From IMG/VR virus record IMGVR_UViG_3300028833_000086, positions 1 to 64,000 of that record: a DNA stretch of 64,000 nt; one strand, 5' to 3'. Shown piece after piece: positions 31,497 to 41,715 of the stretch. The translations under genes and the position numbers were made by a program. The stretch is from a virus (taxonomy: Duplodnaviria; Caudoviricetes). Positions within the stretch are counted from its first letter, which is position 1; each line of letters begins with the position of its first letter. The notes under the pieces were generated by a model, which saw nothing but the letters and a program-made list of their open reading frames with translations, was not told the origin of the DNA and made no database searches.

Positions 31497-31881
31497 ATTT
31501 ATCAACTCCTTTCTGAAAATAATATATTGGGATCTCGTTTCCACTATCCCATGTATCAAAATAGTCGCCGTTAATAACTGCGACTACATGATTTCCAGTT
31601 GCCAATAAATATCTCCCTCTGCGATTGTCCGAACAAAAGTCTTTGATCGTATAACAATCTGGACACGTATTAGGTATAATGTATTTGTTATACCCTAACG
31701 ATCTTAAATATGCCGACCACACTTCATTCGATGAAGGCATATCAAACATTTCTAAACCTTTATTTACTATTCCTATGTAAACATATTCCCAAGATTTATT
31801 TGTCAATATTGATATTCCCCTTACTACACAATCGCCCACGAGGTTCTTAATTGGATTAGGATTTTTATATACATATGCCAT
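31483..31881 (-). CDS. Six-gene module, gene 1 (putative Cys-His-Asp peptidase-like)
   Basis: NPNP...GDCVVR...HVVAV...DTWDSG; C/H/D arrangement. Confidence 0.7.
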   Translation of the reverse strand: MAYVYKNPNPIKNLVGDCVVRGISILTNKSWEYVYIGIVNKGLEMFDMPSSNEVWSAYLRSLGYNKYIIPNTCPDCYTIKDFCSDNRRGRYLLATGNHVVAVINGDYFDTWDSGNEIPIYYFQKGVDKYDTL

Positions 31882-31882
31882 A

Positions 31883-31966
31883 TTATGTGTAACCTTTTAC
31901 TATGGCAAAACCTAAAATTACAATTAATGTTATCAATATTAAAATACAATTAGAATAATCAGCCAT
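31883..31966 (-). CDS. 27-aa hydrophobic micro-ORF
   Basis: AGAGGT RBS; MADYSNCILILITLIVILGFAIVKGYT; stops 1 nt before the next start. Confidence 0.45.
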   Translation of the reverse strand: MADYSNCILILITLIVILGFAIVKGYT

Positions 31967-32182
31967 AATAATTACCTCTCTTTTTTTTGAAATAATATTT
32001 TGCCGTTTATTCACTTTTAATCAGTCGTACAGGCACTGCATTATGCGGTGCCTGTACTAAATATGAGGGGTTTAAAAGACGCTGGGAAAACAAACCGACC
32101 GTTTACTAAGTTCGTTTCCCCAATATATAATAATAGCTATTGCTACTATTACCAATTTAAGTTACTAACAAGCGGAGCGAGT

Positions 32183-33145
32183 TTAAACATCAACTCTGCC
32201 GTAAATTTGAACACTGTATGCACCAAATCTTGATGCTGCTGATGCTGAAACTCTCTCAACTCTAAAATCTGAATATTCAGCAGGTGAATCAAGAACAATG
32301 GTTGCAACTGCATATGAACCACGCCCTGCAGGGAGTGTCATTGAGAGATTATCTTTCAATACAACAGAACCATTGTTTGCGGTGATTCTATAATTAAAAG
32401 TTATTTGAGAACTTGATGCATTGAATATAATTAAATAAAATTTTAATGCTTTAATATTTGACGGGAAAGTATATCCAATATATTCACCACCTGAAACAAC
32501 AGTATTTGATTCCCACTGTGTTTGATTGTTGTTGTCAAATGCCAAATAAGGATATGCTGAACTGTAATAAGAACTTGCATAACACGTTCCGCTTGGTGTT
32601 GTGTTTCCTGTCATTGTAGGGATTTTGGCATTATCAACACTTTCATAATATGCACTGTTTTGGATTGCAGTGTTCCATGTTGAATTTGCAATCAAAGTGT
32701 TTGATGCATAATTGTTCAATCCAATCAGAGACATTGCATTTTGGTCTGCACATACATTGCTTGCAAATGTTGTTGACCTCACAAGATAATCAACAGCATT
32801 TGAATCTGCTATAAGGGCTGATAAAACACCTGTGTCAGCCATAACTTCCGCAAGTGTAGTATAACCGCTATCCTCAATTCCCGCGCATTTTAACCATATT
32901 TCCACATCGTCTGTAGGTGTAACAGTTTTTCCATCGGGAACATCTGGCACAGGCTCAGGCCCATCGTCAGGAACATGCAAAAGTTTCCAATTATGCAAAC
33001 TCTTTTCGGCATCCGTCAATTCAAGCCAGTCAGCATATTCGATGGGCACAAAGTCATTAGCCTTCTTAGCTATTTCCGTTTTTATTTTTCCGTCGTAAGT
33101 AGTTAAACCTTGGAGATCAAGGATATCTTTATTTATATTACTCAT
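32183..33145 (-). CDS. Fibre protein with a C-terminal discoidin/F5-8-type-C-like domain
   Basis: PTMTGNTTPSG...AFD...W...QIYGR; paralog of 35663-36973 and 37091-38683. Confidence 0.7.
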   Translation of the reverse strand: MSNINKDILDLQGLTTYDGKIKTEIAKKANDFVPIEYADWLELTDAEKSLHNWKLLHVPDDGPEPVPDVPDGKTVTPTDDVEIWLKCAGIEDSGYTTLAEVMADTGVLSALIADSNAVDYLVRSTTFASNVCADQNAMSLIGLNNYASNTLIANSTWNTAIQNSAYYESVDNAKIPTMTGNTTPSGTCYASSYYSSAYPYLAFDNNNQTQWESNTVVSGGEYIGYTFPSNIKALKFYLIIFNASSSQITFNYRITANNGSVVLKDNLSMTLPAGRGSYAVATIVLDSPAEYSDFRVERVSASAASRFGAYSVQIYGRVDV

Positions 33146-33176
33146 TCTCGTTATCTCAACCTCCTTCAGTTTTTAT

Positions 33177-34595
33177 TTATGAGAATAAAGCATTGATCTG
33201 TGCTGTTGTTATTGTGCTAAGTGTAATAGTATCAGCACTTCCAGCCCCAACGACACCATCAGTCTCTTCAATAGAACCAGTAAGTGTTATAACGTCAGCC
33301 GCTCCAGATGTGCCAGTTGCGTATGATGCAATTGAAACATCGCTTGCAGTATCAAGATCGCCAATTGCATCCTTTATCTTTTTAGCAACTGATCCGCTAA
33401 CAGTATCTGCGCCATCAAGTCTTGTAAGTGCAGCAGCAACTGATTCGGTCATGGTACCAGCGCTATAAGTATATCCAACCTTAGAGCCATCAATATTAAC
33501 AACAGCAGCAGAAATTACATTGTTATTGTTAATTGTGAGCTGAACTTCGGCAGCGTTCTGCTCAGTGGTGTAGATATCAACAAGAGCCTTGGCAGCGATA
33601 TAAATAATATCACTTGTCGCATTGGCAATAACGAGCTTGATATATTTACCAGCATCGGCAGCAGTAGCGGTTCCGCCAGCTCCCTTGATAAGATCAGTTA
33701 CATCGGTAGTTCCATCATAAAGTTTTCCATCGGTTGAATCATAAGTAATGTCAACAACGCTACCAGACTCAACAACCATATCTTTAGGAATATCGATATC
33801 AACAAGTTTTTCAGCGGGAACGGGTGAAGTGGGATCGCCATCGGCACCCTGATATACTCCGTATCTCTTGCTGAAAGGATCGCTGGAAGTACCAGTAGTC
33901 TCGGTAACATATACAGTTTTAGAAGCAACTCCGCCAGAAGATGCCTGCGCAAGTTCCTGAAGAGCATCCTCAACATTAGTAGCGGTAAGATATCCGCCAG
34001 CATCAGCAATAGATACATCTTCAGCGGCGCCAGTTGTTGCAACCTTAGCAAGTGTTACGTCGTTAGCAGAGTTGGTGCCAACTTCGATAACACCATCAAC
34101 TTCTTTAATACCCTTAATGGTGACAACGCCTGAAGCCTCAGTAGCAAGTGCAAACTCAGAAGCATCAAGAGCTTCAACTGCATCTTTAACAGACTTTGCT
34201 ACAGATCCAGAAGTAGTGTCTGATCCATTAAGTACATTGATCTGTCCCTTAAGCTCGTTGAGCGCATCCAATATGGTGGTTGTAGCGGGATCAAACGTAG
34301 AATCAAGTGCAAGAGTGTATACTTCATTAGTGCTATCCCAAACAGCACCACATGCACTAGCGAGCGCATCAAGCTTTGTAGCAACATCACCGCCTCCAAG
34401 TGCAATAGTAGCATCAGGAGTATCGGTTCCAAGTACAGCGTTCGGCTTCTTATAGAAGTAAACGTTGTTACCATCCGCACTAAGCAGTACGCTCTTATAG
34501 CCTGCCTGTGCCGCGCTGTTGGCCCAATCCTTAATTTGAGTATCATAAGTTGTAAGACCAGCTAAATCGAGAAATGTTTTTTGTATAATTGCCAT
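33177..34595 (-). CDS. Fibre-like structural protein
   Basis: Ala/Thr/Asp-rich; repeated GSVAK..KDA; ATNVEDALQELA; IDIPKDMVVESG. Confidence 0.7.
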   Translation of the reverse strand: MAIIQKTFLDLAGLTTYDTQIKDWANSAAQAGYKSVLLSADGNNVYFYKKPNAVLGTDTPDATIALGGGDVATKLDALASACGAVWDSTNEVYTLALDSTFDPATTTILDALNELKGQINVLNGSDTTSGSVAKSVKDAVEALDASEFALATEASGVVTIKGIKEVDGVIEVGTNSANDVTLAKVATTGAAEDVSIADAGGYLTATNVEDALQELAQASSGGVASKTVYVTETTGTSSDPFSKRYGVYQGADGDPTSPVPAEKLVDIDIPKDMVVESGSVVDITYDSTDGKLYDGTTDVTDLIKGAGGTATAADAGKYIKLVIANATSDIIYIAAKALVDIYTTEQNAAEVQLTINNNNVISAAVVNIDGSKVGYTYSAGTMTESVAAALTRLDGADTVSGSVAKKIKDAIGDLDTASDVSIASYATGTSGAADVITLTGSIEETDGVVGAGSADTITLSTITTAQINALFS

Positions 34596-34621
34596 TTTTT
34601 TTATCCCCTTTTCTAAAATTA

Positions 34622-35128
34622 TTATGCAAACAATTGCATTATTTCTGTATCAGTTATTGCTCTTTCTTGTAACGACCATTTATATCCGTCCCATAACCAG
34701 AAAGCACAGTCTTGAATAGAGTAGTACATTCGCCTATCTGCAGGAGTAAAGCGCATTGGCAACTGAGAAGAATCTTCAACTATATCATATTGAGAATCCG
34801 CTCCGCCAATCTCAGACCACTTTGTACTATCAAACGTTATATCACTATTAGCAACGATACATCTATAAAATGCACCTGAATAAATAACTAAGTCCCCATA
34901 TTTATAATGATCACCAGATATCCATTCATATATAGGTGTTCCATCAGATATTGTAATAACCGTTGTCTGTTTAGTTCCATCATTGCCAGTCCACTCAAAT
35001 GTCAAAATATTTTGCCCATCTTGATGAACTGCAGATTTAATAGTACAAGGTGCTCCTTTAATAGCACCAAGACCAATAACTGTATTGTCCGTGTATTTTC
35101 GCGACAATGCATATGAAACAATATCCAT
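34622..35128 (-). CDS. Structural protein with a CBM5/12-like motif
   Basis: MDIVSYALSRKYT start; W.SG..YKYGDLVIYSG.FYRC motif. Confidence 0.65.
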   Translation of the reverse strand: MDIVSYALSRKYTDNTVIGLGAIKGAPCTIKSAVHQDGQNILTFEWTGNDGTKQTTVITISDGTPIYEWISGDHYKYGDLVIYSGAFYRCIVANSDITFDSTKWSEIGGADSQYDIVEDSSQLPMRFTPADRRMYYSIQDCAFWLWDGYKWSLQERAITDTEIMQLFA

Positions 35129-35184
35129 TACATCCCCATCCTTTCTTTTATATTTAGTCCCCTAGTGTGATGGGGAATCACAAA

Positions 35185-35364
35185 TTATTCGTTGTCTTCC
35201 TTCTTGACAGCAGTTCCGTCCTCAAGAAATTCATAGCCATCAGCAATGACCTTTGCCTCGGTCTTTTTTCTCCAAGTGTTCGGAACATCCATGATTGTCC
35301 AAACCTTGTCTGTCTTTTCGTTGATGTCTCTTTCCTCTAAATGCCGACTGTATTTTGCTACCAT
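35185..35364 (-). CDS. Small CD1375/XkdX-like protein (59 aa)
   Basis: Read manually: MVAKYSRHL...WTIMDVPNTWRKK; follows a coiled-coil partner. Confidence 0.6.
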   Translation of the reverse strand: MVAKYSRHLEERDINEKTDKVWTIMDVPNTWRKKTEAKVIADGYEFLEDGTAVKKEDNE

Positions 35365-35366
35365 CT

Positions 35367-35648
35367 TTATCCCTCCATTTCCGCAATCTTTTGAGCCAAT
35401 TCATCAACCATCTCTGCAAGATCGTCGATAGCCTGTGAATTTACATCGGATAATTCGGCAACATCACAGACGGCTGTATCATTTTCATTTATACCAACAG
35501 TATTAGTTTTAATTTCTTCACCTTGCTGAGAACTAGTCTGGCGCAATGCTGATTTGTCTGCCTCATTATATCTTGTTTTAATACCATACATACTAATAAC
35601 CGATGCGACTAAATTCTCAAGGTTTGAAACCCTCTTCTCTAAAGTCAT
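35367..35648 (-). CDS. Coiled-coil protein, possible fibre assembly chaperone
   Basis: AVCDVAEL/AIDDLAEM heptads; pairs with the downstream small gene. Confidence 0.6.
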   Translation of the reverse strand: MTLEKRVSNLENLVASVISMYGIKTRYNEADKSALRQTSSQQGEEIKTNTVGINENDTAVCDVAELSDVNSQAIDDLAEMVDELAQKIAEMEG

Positions 35649-35662
35649 TATTATTTCCTCCT

Positions 35663-36973
35663 TTAAACATCTTCGCGACCATAAAACTGGATCTCAGATA
35701 TATAAATCATTTTATCGTGTTGTGTTTCGGCTCCTTCTTGTGGGCCTTTAGGTATATAAATTTTAAGTTGATACCAAACATCTTTAGTTAGATTTTGTTC
35801 AAACACATATGCGTGAGTTATCCCAGTGGTAACTGGGGCAATTTGAGTACCTATCATAGCATTACCACTTCCACAATCTACATTATATTTATCCATAAAT
35901 ACATTTGTTGATGTGTTACAAGGAGTTATATCATATCTATAACACTTTACACTACTAGGAAAACGATAACCTATACTCCAGTAAGGGATAACAAAGCTGC
36001 TATCCAACATTATTGCAGCGCTCATTCCAGATCTTGTATCTAAATCTTTGTCAAAAGCAAGATAAGAATATCCAATTGGCCCACTATGTGGATTCGCAGT
36101 GCATATTCCACTCGGAGTAGTATTACCAGTCATTGCAGGAACTTTAACATTAAGTACACTTTCAAAGTAGTTAGACATACATATTCCCACGCGCCAATCA
36201 TAATCATCAAGTAATGTATTAGCAGCATAATTGTTCAATCCAATATATGTCATGGCAGTAGCATTATCGCATAATCCACCAATTGTTTTAGTTCTAAGAA
36301 CTATTTCTTTAATAGTTGCTGTATATCCAGTAGCCATGGTGAATTCAAAACGATATTTTTTATATGCCGTATTATTGCCATACATCTTATGCTTTACAAC
36401 ATTATCATGTAAATTGTTAAGTTTCATGCTACCAATTTCAATTGGTTCTCCATCATTTATTCCATAAATTGTTAATGTATTTATGATGTTATAATTATTT
36501 ATCTTTTCATCGGTAAACTGTATGGTATCAAGAATTTCCGCAGTAGGAAGTTCAATTTGTAACCACTGCCCATCACCAGCAGTATCAGCTTTCCAAGCAC
36601 TAGAATTACCAGCATTATTAAATGCTTTATAAGGTTCGTAACCTTCAGCATAACTACTTGCGCTTGCAATATATCCAACAGGATGAGTATCATCAGTCAT
36701 TACTGGTGTTAAAACTTCAGTACTTATCCACGTCTTACTTCTGACCAGATAGTCAACTGCATTCTCGTCCGCCATCAGTGCGGACAGTGTTTCGGTGTCA
36801 GCCATTACCTGACCAAGTGTTTGATAATCTTTATCCCAGATGTCAGCACAGTTGAGCCACGTCTGTATGTTATCCGTGGGTAACTCTGTCTTACCATTGG
36901 GTAATATTTTAGGGGGAGTAAAGCTACTATCCGCCCACACAGGCGTTCTCCCCAGCGCTATTGCTGTAATCAT
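35663..36973 (-). CDS. Protein with two discoidin-like domains
   Basis: Two PxMT...G...AF[N/D] units; ends QFYGREDV. Confidence 0.7.
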   Translation of the reverse strand: MITAIALGRTPVWADSSFTPPKILPNGKTELPTDNIQTWLNCADIWDKDYQTLGQVMADTETLSALMADENAVDYLVRSKTWISTEVLTPVMTDDTHPVGYIASASSYAEGYEPYKAFNNAGNSSAWKADTAGDGQWLQIELPTAEILDTIQFTDEKINNYNIINTLTIYGINDGEPIEIGSMKLNNLHDNVVKHKMYGNNTAYKKYRFEFTMATGYTATIKEIVLRTKTIGGLCDNATAMTYIGLNNYAANTLLDDYDWRVGICMSNYFESVLNVKVPAMTGNTTPSGICTANPHSGPIGYSYLAFDKDLDTRSGMSAAIMLDSSFVIPYWSIGYRFPSSVKCYRYDITPCNTSTNVFMDKYNVDCGSGNAMIGTQIAPVTTGITHAYVFEQNLTKDVWYQLKIYIPKGPQEGAETQHDKMIYISEIQFYGREDV

Positions 36974-37090
36974 TTATTACTCCTCCTTATAAAAATAGAA
37001 ACAGGTACCACACTTTTGACGGCGTGGTACCCTTGTATAAATAAATCGATTTTGAAATATATAACACTCCGTATGGAGTGGTATATTTAA

Positions 37091-38683
37091 TTAAATGTCT
37101 ACTCTTCCATAGAATTGGCATTCACGCACACCAGTATAGGATTGGGTACTGTTTATATTTCCTAATTCTACTCCAAAATATTCAGCATCTTCATCGTTGT
37201 CAAAATTCCAACTAAAAACACTTTGGTTTACTACGGCACTATAACACTCTTTTAATGAAGTATAATTCGTTCCATCGGAACTCTTAACAACACGTCTTGG
37301 ATAAGAGCCTGAATTTGTGTATTGAGGGAAATATGTATTTATCATATCTAAGTCACATCGATATATTTTTAAAGGCGAATCAAATTTGTAAATAAACCGA
37401 CCAAATGAATTACTATTTCCACTCATGTAACAAACTGTGGTGTTCCCATCAAATGCTTGATATGGTTGACTACTACCATATAATCCACTATTTGAAAGAT
37501 TAGTAAAAGAACATTCTCCACTCGGCTCAGTATTACCAGTCATCACGGGAACCTTAGCGTTGAGTACGCTTTCAAAATAAGTAGACGTACATATCTTAAC
37601 TCTCCAGTCACTATCAGCGAGCAACGTATTACTTGCATAATTACTATACCCAATATACGTCATGGCGTTCTCATTAGAGCAAATTTCGTCAATCCATCCT
37701 TTACAGGTAACGAGATAGTTGACTGCATTCTCAGATTGCATGAGTGTCTGAAGAGTAACGGGATCATTAAGAACTTGTGAGAGAGTAGTATAGTTCTTAT
37801 CTGTAACTCCGCCCGCAGTAAGCCACGACTGTACTCCACCATTTTGTCTGCCGTAGAATTGAAGCATGGAACAAGTACAAGGGTTTGTGCTTGCGTATGT
37901 TGAAGTTACATATAAACGATAGTATGTATAATCGTTATTGTTGTTAAAATTGTATTCTGCTGAATATGCCTCTGTGCTATCGGTTGCTATGCCAGTATAT
38001 AAATTAATATAAGAATTTCCGTCAATAGAGCCTTGAATATTAAAGTTTTTAACAGTAATGTGCTGAACACCACCAACACCTGCCGTTCTGTATCCAATCT
38101 TTGCTTTATGAACACGAACGGAAGAAGGAAAATGATATCCGACATAGTGTGGAAATGTATCACCGCTAACACTCGCCCAAGCATTGTCATCATTACCATC
38201 AAATGCTTTAAAAGCTGAATAACTTGCATTTAACTGACTATCAGCAAAGCACTCACCACTCGGAGTAGTGTTACTCGTCATAGCAGGAACTTTGACATTA
38301 TCAACACTCTCAAAGTATGTACTATTCTGTATTGCAGTATTCCAATCGCTATCAGCAAGAAGTGTATTGCTGGCATAATCATTAGCACCGATATATGTCA
38401 TAGCTGTTTGATCTGCACATACATCACTTGCCCATGTAGTAGACCTTACCAGATAATTAACAGCATTCTTACTATTCATCAGCGTTCTAACAATACCACT
38501 GTCCGCCAGCACTTCTGCCAACGTATCATATTGTTGAGTTAATCCAGCACACTTTTGCCAAATAACCACATCATTTATAGGTATAGCAGTTGTGCCGTCA
38601 GGTATATCTGGTTCGGGGGGAGTAGGACTACTGCCGCCATGAACCCATATTAAATCTTTATCTAAGGCTATTAGTGTGCCCAT
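37091..38683 (-). CDS. Protein with two linker+discoidin-like modules
   Basis: Internal duplication NAVNYLV...YASNTLLADSDW...YFESV.N.KVP.MT.NT.PSG; ends QFYGRVDI. Confidence 0.7.
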   Translation of the reverse strand: MGTLIALDKDLIWVHGGSSPTPPEPDIPDGTTAIPINDVVIWQKCAGLTQQYDTLAEVLADSGIVRTLMNSKNAVNYLVRSTTWASDVCADQTAMTYIGANDYASNTLLADSDWNTAIQNSTYFESVDNVKVPAMTSNTTPSGECFADSQLNASYSAFKAFDGNDDNAWASVSGDTFPHYVGYHFPSSVRVHKAKIGYRTAGVGGVQHITVKNFNIQGSIDGNSYINLYTGIATDSTEAYSAEYNFNNNNDYTYYRLYVTSTYASTNPCTCSMLQFYGRQNGGVQSWLTAGGVTDKNYTTLSQVLNDPVTLQTLMQSENAVNYLVTCKGWIDEICSNENAMTYIGYSNYASNTLLADSDWRVKICTSTYFESVLNAKVPVMTGNTEPSGECSFTNLSNSGLYGSSQPYQAFDGNTTVCYMSGNSNSFGRFIYKFDSPLKIYRCDLDMINTYFPQYTNSGSYPRRVVKSSDGTNYTSLKECYSAVVNQSVFSWNFDNDEDAEYFGVELGNINSTQSYTGVRECQFYGRVDI

Positions 38684-38817
38684 GTTAAATCCTCCTTCGT
38701 CTTATAATTTAGAAATGGACACTGCACCTTTGACAGCACAGCGTCCTAGCAGAGTGTTATCGTCAATAATAGACGATAAAATAACGACGCGAGTTTTGAG
38801 GCCCGCATCGTCTTATT

Positions 38818-40587
38818 TTATTTTATAATCGAACTTTTACGAATAGAAGATCCAAGTAAGTCTAACAAAGATTTTGTACTCTCATCATTTTTACGTTGCA
38901 TCTCGCGACCAATGATCTGAGCCACATAATAATTATATTCAAGACTTGAGAATCTATCCTTACGCATACCTGAATGTTCTTTGAGTTTAACCTTGTTATC
39001 TACAATCTTACCTTCGAGGTTAACCATCTCATTAACCAACGCAGTTGTCTGTGCGTACGGCATAAGTAATTTCACTTTTTCTTCAGTCGACATAGATGCA
39101 TAGCCAGCAACTTTTTTTACTACTTGCTCTGCATCATATTCATTGATTAATAGTGAGAGATTACCAGTCTGTATACCCGCACGAAGAGCAGTAGCCATTT
39201 CAGAGTTCTCTTGTGCATACGCCTTAATAGTCCATACGCACTTATTTGCGTTGGGCTCTCTACAACGTTCCGCCATGGCTACATCATTGCAACTACACAT
39301 AGCATCATATGTTTCACCAGTCTCCGCATCAAACTGCGGACGAGCGATAAAGTCATATACTGGAAGTCCAATACCATTTGTATCCAGTACTAGATCGGTA
39401 CACTTATAATGATTAAAATATCGCATTATAATAATACCAACCTCTTCGGTTGTTTTACCTTCAAAAGTTTCCACATAAACAATATGTGACGCCATTCCGT
39501 TATTACTAGGCGTTGCAATATTAATTTCTATTGCAGTAGCATCGTTATTGGTTGCCTTACTTGCCATGAGCGCAACATCCACAGATAATATTCGACGTTC
39601 ACCTTCTGCAAGATCAGGAACATTTATACCACGTTTTTCATAAAACTCAAATGGCAAGAAAGCATTCTTAATCACACGACAACTTGACACTTCGTCGTAT
39701 TTATAAAAAGCATCTTCCGCTTCGCCATAGAACAAAGCCTCACGTTCCATCCTAAATGAAATAGGATCAAAATCCGCTTCAGACATTTCGTCTTCAACAG
39801 CTTCTTTTGAAAAGATACCTTCTTCAATGCCAACTTCATATGGTAAGCCGCAGCAAAAATATCTCTTATTGTCATCTAGCATAAGCGCAGCATCAGACTT
39901 GCACTTTTCAAATATCCACGAACTCTTATAGTATGCGGATGTCGTATACATCTCTATATTTCTTTCCTGATATTTGGGATTATTTTTATATTCAGGCAGA
40001 TTCATATAGGGAGGTTTTCTGAGCGAGGTCAAGAATTTTTTAAGAACGTCTTGTACTATTTTTTTCTTAACCATTCTTGATTCATCTATTATTACTATAG
40101 TTGCACGATTACTACGAGCGGTATCACTTGCCGTAACAACTTTAATCCACGATCCATTTTTAAAAGTAACATGTGGATTATTTATTGCTGTAGTGATTTC
40201 TTCAATTTCATTTGATAGATTACTGCTACCCCAGTCATGTAATTTCATGAAGTCGGTTTCAATCTTACCTATAATCTCAACCGCCTGAGACTTAACTCCA
40301 GATGCTACACATACTTTTGTAGCGGGATAAAGAATACACCTAATCACACAATAAAGTGCAATTAAATACGTTTTGCCTAAGCCTCGGCTCGCGATCCAAT
40401 TGAAGACCGTACACAAATTCATTACATACAACAAAATTTTTTGAAATATACCCAATTGAATATTTAAAAACTCAGCAGCAAAGCGTTGAGGATTCGCACG
40501 ATAAAACGCTGTCCATATTGCCACACCTTCCATTAGGTTATCATATTTTTCCTGTTGTATCTGAGCAAAGCTCTTTTTATTACTCAT
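38818..40587 (-). CDS. terL: Terminase large subunit
   Basis: Walker A ASRGLGKT, Walker B IIIDESR, nuclease LSVDVA...NDAT, LDTNGIG, RKDRFSS. Confidence 0.93.
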   Translation of the reverse strand: MSNKKSFAQIQQEKYDNLMEGVAIWTAFYRANPQRFAAEFLNIQLGIFQKILLYVMNLCTVFNWIASRGLGKTYLIALYCVIRCILYPATKVCVASGVKSQAVEIIGKIETDFMKLHDWGSSNLSNEIEEITTAINNPHVTFKNGSWIKVVTASDTARSNRATIVIIDESRMVKKKIVQDVLKKFLTSLRKPPYMNLPEYKNNPKYQERNIEMYTTSAYYKSSWIFEKCKSDAALMLDDNKRYFCCGLPYEVGIEEGIFSKEAVEDEMSEADFDPISFRMEREALFYGEAEDAFYKYDEVSSCRVIKNAFLPFEFYEKRGINVPDLAEGERRILSVDVALMASKATNNDATAIEINIATPSNNGMASHIVYVETFEGKTTEEVGIIIMRYFNHYKCTDLVLDTNGIGLPVYDFIARPQFDAETGETYDAMCSCNDVAMAERCREPNANKCVWTIKAYAQENSEMATALRAGIQTGNLSLLINEYDAEQVVKKVAGYASMSTEEKVKLLMPYAQTTALVNEMVNLEGKIVDNKVKLKEHSGMRKDRFSSLEYNYYVAQIIGREMQRKNDESTKSLLDLLGSSIRKSSIIK

Positions 40588-41659
40588 CTAATGCGCCACC
40601 ATAGATCTTATTAAATATGTCTTCTGAATCCTCATCTATACTAAACTCTGGACGGGTGGCAGCATATTGACGCATATAGTCATCGTACATTTTAGAATAC
40701 TTATTCTTAATACCAAGCATTTTACATAAGTGTCCCAAGAAATAAACACTGATATATAATCCAATCTTATCTACATCTTTAAACTGGGGGTCTATATCGG
40801 CAACAGGACGTGTCTCTTCAAGTTTCTGTATAAGTTGTCCGTAAGACTCCACGCCACCAGTAACATCATTCTTATTTTGTTTAGGCGTAATATCACCAGT
40901 TTCCATAAGCTTTTGCAATGTAGCGGTTAACTTATCAGTGGATTCATTGTTAAGTCGCGCCTTATGCAATTCAAGCTGAGTGAATGCAATATTCTTAAAT
41001 AACTCTTCTTGAGCTTTAGAATTACATTCATATCGATCACACCAGTCAGAATACTCTGTTTCAAGAAAATGCAAATCATGCAAGCTGTATTCATTACCAA
41101 AATGTTTCTTGGCATTTACAAATATCTCATCGCTCTCGTCAAACTTCTCTTCAACTGGACGCTGCTCATAACTTCCAAACTTACTATCTTTCCACTTACG
41201 CCCCTTATACTGCGGCAGACTTTGTATCTGCGTAATATAAACAGCGAAAGGAGATTGATAAGTTTTTCTGTTGGTCGGATCATTCTTCTGATTATCCACA
41301 CCATTAACAGCGTTCATATACACTTCGTCATAATAAGGTTTATCCATAAGCTCAAGAACCTTCATTACGCTTTCCTTTGTTTCGTTAGGTGGATCAGATT
41401 CTCTTTTTCTTTGTTCTACCAACATCTGCACGCATTCTTTACATATAGGAAAATATCCTGCCTTAAAGCGTGCGTCTTTATAGAAGCCAGTATGATAACC
41501 AGTGTTACGCTTCCAGTTGTCGCACTTAGGACAATACATAATGTCACAGTCAAGCATTTTATTATAGGTGTCAGCAAACTTGCTATAAATCCTGCGCATG
41601 TCGGCGACACCAAGTTTTGATTCCTCGCCTAATGGCGCGGGTTGTAAATTCGTTGCCAT
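40580..41659 (-). CDS. Terminase-associated protein (probable small subunit, Zn-binding)
   Basis: CPKC...PICKEC; overlaps the terL start; SPbeta-like synteny. Confidence 0.65.
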   Translation of the reverse strand: MATNLQPAPLGEESKLGVADMRRIYSKFADTYNKMLDCDIMYCPKCDNWKRNTGYHTGFYKDARFKAGYFPICKECVQMLVEQRKRESDPPNETKESVMKVLELMDKPYYDEVYMNAVNGVDNQKNDPTNRKTYQSPFAVYITQIQSLPQYKGRKWKDSKFGSYEQRPVEEKFDESDEIFVNAKKHFGNEYSLHDLHFLETEYSDWCDRYECNSKAQEELFKNIAFTQLELHKARLNNESTDKLTATLQKLMETGDITPKQNKNDVTGGVESYGQLIQKLEETRPVADIDPQFKDVDKIGLYISVYFLGHLCKMLGIKNKYSKMYDDYMRQYAATRPEFSIDEDSEDIFNKIYGGALDE

Positions 41660-41684
41660 ATTTCACCATTTTATCCTTTTAATC

Positions 41685-41714
41685 AAAAGCCCTCGGCGCT
41701 TAACGACCGAGGGC
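41685..41714 (-). terminator. Terminator-like hairpin closing the ncRNA cluster
   Basis: GCCCTCGG...CCGAGGGC followed by TTTTGATT. Confidence 0.7.
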
Positions 41715-41715
41715 A

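Noticed and set aside
24437-38683. Diversity-generating retroelement acting on the fibre/discoidin genes
   Set aside because: No reverse transcriptase ORF in the window and no near-identical repeat pair differing only at adenines was seen; the paralogs differ at all bases.
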